In this document: positions 56,259 to 60,898 of the stretch, piece after piece
Position numbering within the stretch: position 1 is the stretch's first letter
Layout: each line of letters begins with the position of its first letter
Origin: a virus
Lineage: Duplodnaviria > Caudoviricetes
Virus record (IMG/VR): IMGVR_UViG_3300030328_000942
Coordinates: 1-60,898 of that record
DNA: 60,898 bases
Strand: one strand, 5' to 3'
Made by a program: the position numbers and the translations under genes
The notes under the pieces: model-generated
What the model was told of the DNA's origin: nothing
Seen by the model: the letters and a program-made list of their open reading frames with translations, nothing else
The model's database searches: none

Positions 56259-57266
56259 ATGAGAAATTTAAGTCAAAATGGAGTTACTTTCACTACTCAC
56301 GATGAGCCATCGAGAGCGAGAGTTTCTTCTTATGGGAGCAAACCGCTACCATACAAAATTAACAAAGCTGAGTCTGTTGATATCAATGGGCTACCGAGCA
56401 GTGCAAGAAAAAACTTGTACACTGCTGATGGCGGAACAGAGTCATTGTTCACTATCGGTATGGAGTTCGAAAAAGTTCGCTTTCATAGAGGAGCAGTGCA
56501 AGAGTATGCATTGTTCTGCGGATTTGAACACGATGGTAGTTGTGGAGCTGAAGCAGTTACTCACATCTTACCATTGGTAGATAAGTCAATGTGGAGAACG
56601 AAAGTTTTCAATATGTTTGCTGAAGCGAAGAAAATCATTGAGGATGAGTATTCTCCATCTAATGTGAAGTGCGGTGGTCACATTACATTGGGAGTTAAAA
56701 ATGTAAGTGGTAGAGAGTTATCTGATAGACTGAAGAAGTTCAGTGGATTAGTGATGGCTATCTACAGACACAGAGTCTGTAACTACTACTGCAGAGGTAA
56801 CTTTAGAATGGACACATCTGATGAGTATGGTAGTAAGTATACTATTGCTAACTACAAGACTCTTGGTGATGATGGAGTAGTTGAGTTTAGAGTTCCATCG
56901 AGATTCACATCAGTGAAGCAGACAATCCGAAGATATGAGTTCTTTTATCAGATGGTTGACTTTGCGATGAACAAACAAAATTCATCTCTACATCATTTCT
57001 GTAATGCGGTTAGACCAATCCTAATGTCTATGTATGATAACGACACTGAGAAAGTTAACAAGACCATCGAGTTAGCAAAGGAGTTTCAAAAGGTTATCAA
57101 TGGTGGTAAGATTGATGAGAAGACTTGCGGATGGTTTGAGGGATGGTGGAGTTCTAATACTCAGTTAAACTATTTCTTCGGTGGAAGAAGAAGTGACTAC
57201 AAAAGGAATTTCAGTCCATCTGAATACACAGATGTAAGGAAGTTCAAAGAGGAGCAATACTTTTAA
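56259..57266 (+). CDS. Putative amidoligase (COOH-NH2 ligase, glutamine-synthetase-like fold)
   Basis: IGMEFE, HDGSC..EAVT, CGGHITLG, VEFR motifs. Confidence 0.7.
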   Translation: MRNLSQNGVTFTTHDEPSRARVSSYGSKPLPYKINKAESVDINGLPSSARKNLYTADGGTESLFTIGMEFEKVRFHRGAVQEYALFCGFEHDGSCGAEAVTHILPLVDKSMWRTKVFNMFAEAKKIIEDEYSPSNVKCGGHITLGVKNVSGRELSDRLKKFSGLVMAIYRHRVCNYYCRGNFRMDTSDEYGSKYTIANYKTLGDDGVVEFRVPSRFTSVKQTIRRYEFFYQMVDFAMNKQNSSLHHFCNAVRPILMSMYDNDTEKVNKTIELAKEFQKVINGGKIDEKTCGWFEGWWSSNTQLNYFFGGRRSDYKRNFSPSEYTDVRKFKEEQYF

Positions 57267-57273
57267 CCTCAAC

Positions 57274-57301
57274 ACATCCTAAGCAAGATGTAAAACTGCT
57301 T
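57274..57301 (+). ncRNA. H-type pseudoknot immediately 5' of hammerhead 2
   Basis: ACAUC/GAUGU stem; loop AAGCA pairs with downstream UGCUU. Confidence 0.6.
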
Positions 57302-57352
57302 TCTGTATGGTAGTGAGTGCTACCACTGATGATGCCAAAAGGTTGAAACAGA
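57302..57352 (+). ncRNA. Hammerhead ribozyme 2 (type III), predicted cleavage GUA^ after 57307
   Basis: UCUG-UA | UGGUAG-UGAGUG-CUACCA | CUGAUGA | UGCC-AAAA-GGUU | GAAA | CAGA. Confidence 0.85.
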
Positions 57353-57376
57353 TAAATAAATTTAAATTAAATAAAA

Positions 57377-57595
57377 ATGAAAACATTTAACACATTTCAA
57401 AACGCAACGCTTAACCTAATCACATTAATGGTCTATTCAATGGCAGTTAGAGTTCTAATTGACATATGGGTAAACAATGTAAATGATTTTAGGTGGATAG
57501 AACTAACCTATGCAAGTGCATCGAGCATCTTTGTAGCGATACTTGGTTGGTTTCTGCTATTGATAAACATCTCAGTATGGAAAGAAAATAAGTAA
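57377..57595 (+). CDS. Small two-TM membrane protein
   Basis: Two hydrophobic segments; flanked by hammerheads 2 and 3. Confidence 0.7.
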   Translation: MKTFNTFQNATLNLITLMVYSMAVRVLIDIWVNNVNDFRWIELTYASASSIFVAILGWFLLLINISVWKENK

Positions 57596-57659
57596 GGCAT
57601 ACTGATGAGTTCTCAATGAACGAAAGGGTGGTGTCTTCAAAGACACTACTCTCTATGTC
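57596..57659 (+). ncRNA. Hammerhead ribozyme 3 (type I) whose stem III is palindrome copy 15 (57631-57646); cleavage CUC^ after 57653
   Basis: GGCAUA | CUGAUGA | GUUC-UCAAU-GAAC | GAAA | GGGUG-GUGUCUUCAAAGACAC-UACUC | UC | UAUGUC. Confidence 0.88.
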
Positions 57660-57686
57660 AAACATTAAAATAAGAAACGATTAAAT

Positions 57687-58052
57687 ATGAAAACTTTAAC
57701 ACAATTACAAGAAGATTTTAAAGCATTAAACGATAGCTATAAAGCCAATCCATTACCTGCAGGAAAAGAATACAATGCATTTGTTAAGAAATGGAAGAGA
57801 CTTGAAGCTAAAATTAGAAACTACAATAACTCTACTAACATTATGAAAAGAGATGGACTTAAAGTTACTAAGCAATTCGCTGATTATAAAGTTGAATTTA
57901 AAGGAGTTGTTGCTCTAGTTTTTTTAGATGGATGTGTGACAGACTATTGGGCAGTTAATGTAATAGAAGGAAATGTAGAGTTTGAAATTGAAACTTTTGA
58001 AACTAAAGCCGAAGCAATTTGGTACATATATTCAGAATTAAGAAACGATTAA
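57687..58052 (+). CDS. Hypothetical early protein
   Basis: ORF track. Confidence 0.75.
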   Translation: MKTLTQLQEDFKALNDSYKANPLPAGKEYNAFVKKWKRLEAKIRNYNNSTNIMKRDGLKVTKQFADYKVEFKGVVALVFLDGCVTDYWAVNVIEGNVEFEIETFETKAEAIWYIYSELRND

Positions 58053-58075
58053 ATAACAATTAAAATCAAATAACT

Positions 58076-58489
58076 ATGGAAACAATTAAATTTAAAAATG
58101 TAGAGCCAAGTCACGAAGTTGAAAGAGACTTTGACTTGAAGTACGAAAGAATCAAATCTGTTTACAAAGGCAGAATAGATGCTTGTACTTGTGGGTGTGA
58201 GGGAGAGTTCCATTACACTAAACACTTTGCTGAGTACAAATCTAAAGTTGAGGGCAACGACTTACTACTACCATTGGCAGACGATGGTGAAGTTGAGTTT
58301 CTAATCCAAGATGCTTTAGTTTATTCTGACACTGCAAGATTCTTTGTGCAGATGAGTGGTGGATACTGCATCAAAGTTCCTACTCACACTGAGTGGAAAG
58401 ATGCAGAGGGTGGATATGTTCAAATGGGTTACATCATTGACTTACATTGGAAGGACATCAAATTAAATCAAACTAAAATAAATTTATAA
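58076..58489 (+). CDS. Hypothetical protein with CxCGCxG motif
   Basis: SVYKGRIDACTCGCEG. Confidence 0.75.
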   Translation: METIKFKNVEPSHEVERDFDLKYERIKSVYKGRIDACTCGCEGEFHYTKHFAEYKSKVEGNDLLLPLADDGEVEFLIQDALVYSDTARFFVQMSGGYCIKVPTHTEWKDAEGGYVQMGYIIDLHWKDIKLNQTKINL

Positions 58490-58491
58490 TT

Positions 58492-58821
58492 ATGGAAACT
58501 AAATTCGAATGGACTGATGAAGCAGTCAAATCATTTACACAAGTCTACTCTTCAAACTTTAGTAGCAAACTTGTAGACTTTCCTTGTAGCTACAAGGACT
58601 ATAGTGGAAAGAACATCCACGAGAAGATGGAGCAGTTCAAGTTGGACTACAAGCCACAAGAGAAAGTAACATATTGCATCACAATTAAATCTGTGTATGG
58701 TAACTATGGAACAAATGTCAAAGAGTTCAACAACGAAAAGCATTTCGAGAATTGGTATGCAATGATGAGTCGAAAGGGACACAAGATAGTTGGAGTTGAA
58801 TTATTAAAAGGCGAGGAATAA
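58492..58821 (+). CDS. Hypothetical early protein
   Basis: ORF track. Confidence 0.75.
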   Translation: METKFEWTDEAVKSFTQVYSSNFSSKLVDFPCSYKDYSGKNIHEKMEQFKLDYKPQEKVTYCITIKSVYGNYGTNVKEFNNEKHFENWYAMMSRKGHKIVGVELLKGEE

Positions 58822-58982
58822 TGGAAAGACAGAAATACTTTAAGGTCAGATATGCAGGGAAGCTAATTCAAGTTATCCCTGCTCACACGAAATGGGAAGC
58901 AATCGATAGGGTGTACCACGAGAACATCGGAAAGTACAAATGGATTGTCAGAGAAAAATTTACTGCCGTAATCAGTAGATAG
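58821..58982 (+). CDS. 53-aa hypothetical protein
   Basis: MERQKYFKVRY...AHTKWEAIDR...*; TAATG coupling. Confidence 0.6.
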   Translation: MERQKYFKVRYAGKLIQVIPAHTKWEAIDRVYHENIGKYKWIVREKFTAVISR

Positions 58983-58994
58983 ATAAAAAAAAGA

Positions 58995-59026
58995 TTTGGT
59001 AGTGTCGATTTATTGTCGTATCTTTG
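58995..59026 (+). promoter_or_regulatory. Bacteroidota sigma-A-type promoter (TTTG-20 nt-TATCTTTG)
   Basis: Perfect consensus match. Confidence 0.8.
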
Positions 59027-59054
59027 TCTAAATCAAACATTAATCAGTAGTTCT

Positions 59055-59070
59055 GTGTCTTCAAAGACAC
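59055..59070 (+). repeat. 16-bp palindrome copy 16, in the 5' leader of the GATase-GGCT gene
   Basis: Read directly; ~30 nt downstream of the -7 box. Confidence 0.95.
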
Positions 59071-59091
59071 TGCTACACAAACAGAAACACT

Positions 59092-60165
59092 ATGTGTATT
59101 ATTATTGTAAAACAAAAAGGTCAAGATGTACCAAGAGAAATTCTCAAAACATCTGCCCGTATTAATCCTCACGGATTAGGAATCGTATGGCTCGATACAT
59201 ACGAAGTAACTTATCACAAATCAAAGGAGTATAATTTACTTGACAACAACAGACCATACATCGCACACTTTAGATATGCGACCATTGGTAAAATCTGTAA
59301 AGAAAATACTCATCCGTTTGTATGCGGGAATAATAAAGATGAGTTACTAATGATGAACGGAACTGCTCACGGATATGGAAGTAAGGCGATGACAGATACA
59401 GAAGACTTAGCAATCAGACTTGGTAAATCATCAAGACAAAGTTGGGCTAAGCAGTTGAAGAAGTTCGATGCGAGATTCGTATCCATCAACACAAGAACGA
59501 GGTCGTTTCAAATCTACAACAAGTTGGCTTGGAAAAAGAGAGATGGTGTATGGTATTCAAAAGGCAATGTGTTGGAAGATAATCTTGTCGCAGTATATGG
59601 CACACTAAAGAAAGGTTATGGAAATTACTATAGCTACCTTACCTCATCCAAGCATCTTGGTAATGGAACAACAAAAGAGAAGTATCCATTGGTGGTCGAT
59701 GGACTACCTTACCTCATCGAAGAAAAAGGAAAAGGGTACAATGTAAAGGTTGATGTGTTTAAGGTCAGCGATGACAAGCTAAAACATTTAGACCAATTGG
59801 AATCTCATCCACGATGGTATGTGAGAAAACAAGTTCCAATCATAGTGAAAGGTAAAGAGTTACTATGTTGGGTGTACTTTAATCCATCTGCTAAATCAAG
59901 ATGGAATGGCTCAAACCATACTGAGTCTTACGAATATCAAAGACCAAATAATTATTTCAGATATGTGGAGGAGCCACAGATAGTTGTGGATGATAGGCAA
60001 ACGAATATGTTTGATGACTTAGGTGAGTGTGATGTAGAATCATCCTCTCCTTACTGCATCGAATGTTTCAATGACTTAGTATACGATGGCTTAGGAAACG
60101 ACTACCAATGTGTAGGGTGTGGTGCGGTATACGAGAAGTCAATGATAGAAAGTACAAATTGTTAA
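59092..60165 (+). CDS. Class II glutamine amidotransferase fused to a gamma-glutamylcyclotransferase (AIG2-like) domain and a C-terminal Zn ribbon
   Basis: N-terminal MC, NPHGLG, HFRYATIG, NTHPF, MNG; VYGTLKKG...LDQLE; CxxC...CxxC. Confidence 0.85.
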   Translation: MCIIIVKQKGQDVPREILKTSARINPHGLGIVWLDTYEVTYHKSKEYNLLDNNRPYIAHFRYATIGKICKENTHPFVCGNNKDELLMMNGTAHGYGSKAMTDTEDLAIRLGKSSRQSWAKQLKKFDARFVSINTRTRSFQIYNKLAWKKRDGVWYSKGNVLEDNLVAVYGTLKKGYGNYYSYLTSSKHLGNGTTKEKYPLVVDGLPYLIEEKGKGYNVKVDVFKVSDDKLKHLDQLESHPRWYVRKQVPIIVKGKELLCWVYFNPSAKSRWNGSNHTESYEYQRPNNYFRYVEEPQIVVDDRQTNMFDDLGECDVESSSPYCIECFNDLVYDGLGNDYQCVGCGAVYEKSMIESTNC

Positions 60166-60181
60166 TTGTTGGTTGGGGGTG

Positions 60182-60197
60182 GTGTCTTTAAAGACAC
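60182..60197. repeat. 16-bp palindrome copy 17; extended hairpin 60175-60204 abuts hammerhead 4
   Basis: GGGGGTG-palindrome-TGCTCCC. Confidence 0.95.
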
Positions 60198-60203
60198 TGC
60201 TCC

Positions 60204-60254
60204 CGTGTTTACGGATGAGTGTCCGTACTGATGATTCCGAAAGGATGAAACACG
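60204..60254 (+). ncRNA. Hammerhead ribozyme 4 (type III), predicted cleavage GUU^ after 60209
   Basis: CGUG-UU | UACGGA-UGAGUG-UCCGUA | CUGAUGA | UUCC-GAAA-GGAU | GAAA | CACG. Confidence 0.85.
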
Positions 60255-60275
60255 AAACATTAAAACACAAATCAA

Positions 60276-60608
60276 ATGAAAGACACAATAGAACATCTAA
60301 GTGTAGAGCAAATCGAATCTCTTTACGAGAAAACTTTTGGAAATCCAATAGACCATTATCCAAGTATGGAAGTATCTCAAATGATAGAGGAGATTGTAGA
60401 AGAACACTTATCACTAAAGACTATGAATAAAGACTATGTTATTTACGACCAAGCTAACGACAGAATGTTATGCTTTGGTAACGGGGATGTAATTTTATTT
60501 GCAGACCGCACAGAAGCAGTTGAAGATTTGTATGGCAATGAAGTTGTTGTACAATTCCAAGACTTATCAAAAGAGAATCAATTAATAATTTTAAATCAAA
60601 TCAAATAA
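60276..60608 (+). CDS. Hypothetical early protein
   Basis: ORF track; starts just after hammerhead 4. Confidence 0.75.
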   Translation: MKDTIEHLSVEQIESLYEKTFGNPIDHYPSMEVSQMIEEIVEEHLSLKTMNKDYVIYDQANDRMLCFGNGDVILFADRTEAVEDLYGNEVVVQFQDLSKENQLIILNQIK

Positions 60609-60610
60609 TT

Positions 60611-60898
60611 ATGGAAGCACTTGCACAATTTACAATGAATCAAATCTTGGAGTTAAAAATTATTCAAGATGAATTTTCAGACGCAGACCAAAAAACTGAA
60701 GACTATCTGATTAAGCAGATAGATAACCTATACCATCAGCTACATCTAATGTATGACGGGAAGTGTAAAAGAGAACACGATGAGGTAGAGGGGAAAGACT
60801 ACTACATTGAAAGGTGGTATGACGAGATAAAAGAAACGGATGTATTAATTTTCAAGCACAGAACAAGTGGGTTTGTTCCACGATTAAGTAGTAAGGAT
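60611..60898 (+). CDS. Hypothetical protein, 5' part; continues across the junction to the TAA at 279-281 (~160 aa total)
   Basis: ATG at 60611 after an AT-rich leader; frame stays open through the repeat and on to 281. Confidence 0.8.
   Translation, partial: MEALAQFTMNQILELKIIQDEFSDADQKTEDYLIKQIDNLYHQLHLMYDGKCKREHDEVEGKDYYIERWYDEIKETDVLIFKHRTSGFVPRLSSKD
60814..60898 (+). repeat. Terminal direct repeat (right copy)
   Basis: Identical to nt 2-86. Confidence 0.95.

Noticed and set aside
58514-58530. CTGATGA as a ribozyme core
   Set aside because: Inside a CDS (WTDEA) with no stem II/GAAA arrangement
689-60197. Palindrome copies as a CRISPR array or mini-array
   Set aside because: Only 16 bp, hundreds to thousands of bp apart, many inside genes; no regular spacers and no cas genes
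689-60197. Palindrome as MITE/REP/IS ends
   Set aside because: No transposase, no target-site duplications, and intragenic copies keep reading frames intact in conserved genes
60173-60430. Track ORFs 60173-60430 (+) and 60139-60414 (-)
   Set aside because: They overlap the palindrome hairpin, hammerhead 4 and the better-supported 60276 gene; likely spurious
1-60898. tRNA genes, integrase/attP, alternative genetic code
   Set aside because: No cloverleaf or recombinase motifs noticed; standard-code ORFs already tile the genome densely

Overview
The window is an apparently complete ~60.8-kb dsDNA phage genome: nt 2-86 are repeated exactly at 60814-60898, giving a circular map of 60,812 bp. It is AT-rich, lacks Shine-Dalgarno motifs and carries Bacteroidota-type TAnnTTTG promoters, so the host is probably a Flavobacteriia/Bacteroidota bacterium; gene content suggests a podovirus-like virion. 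The rightward arm (55499 across the junction to 11822) holds early and replication genes: amidoligase, GATase-GGCT fusion, two DnaA-C-like HTH proteins, SSAP, exonuclease, SSB, primase-helicase, SF2 helicase and VRR-NUC. No DNA polymerase, integrase or tRNA was recognised. The leftward arm (54931 to 11838) holds GroEL, two GroES-like proteins, lysis genes, a SET/2OG-oxygenase pair, terminase, portal, capsid, tail and a 3511-aa virion protein. The most striking unannotated layer is non-coding. (1) Four hammerhead ribozymes sit between early genes. (2) Seventeen copies of a 16-bp palindrome, GTGTCTTYAAAGACAC, are spread genome-wide in all three reading frames, mostly co-oriented with transcription, built into terminators and physically joined to three of the four hammerheads; the fourth is preceded by an H-type pseudoknot instead. 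(3) There are two paralogous origin-like elements (IHF-consensus box plus 11-bp iterons). All protein calls are by-eye motif recognition; no database searches were run.
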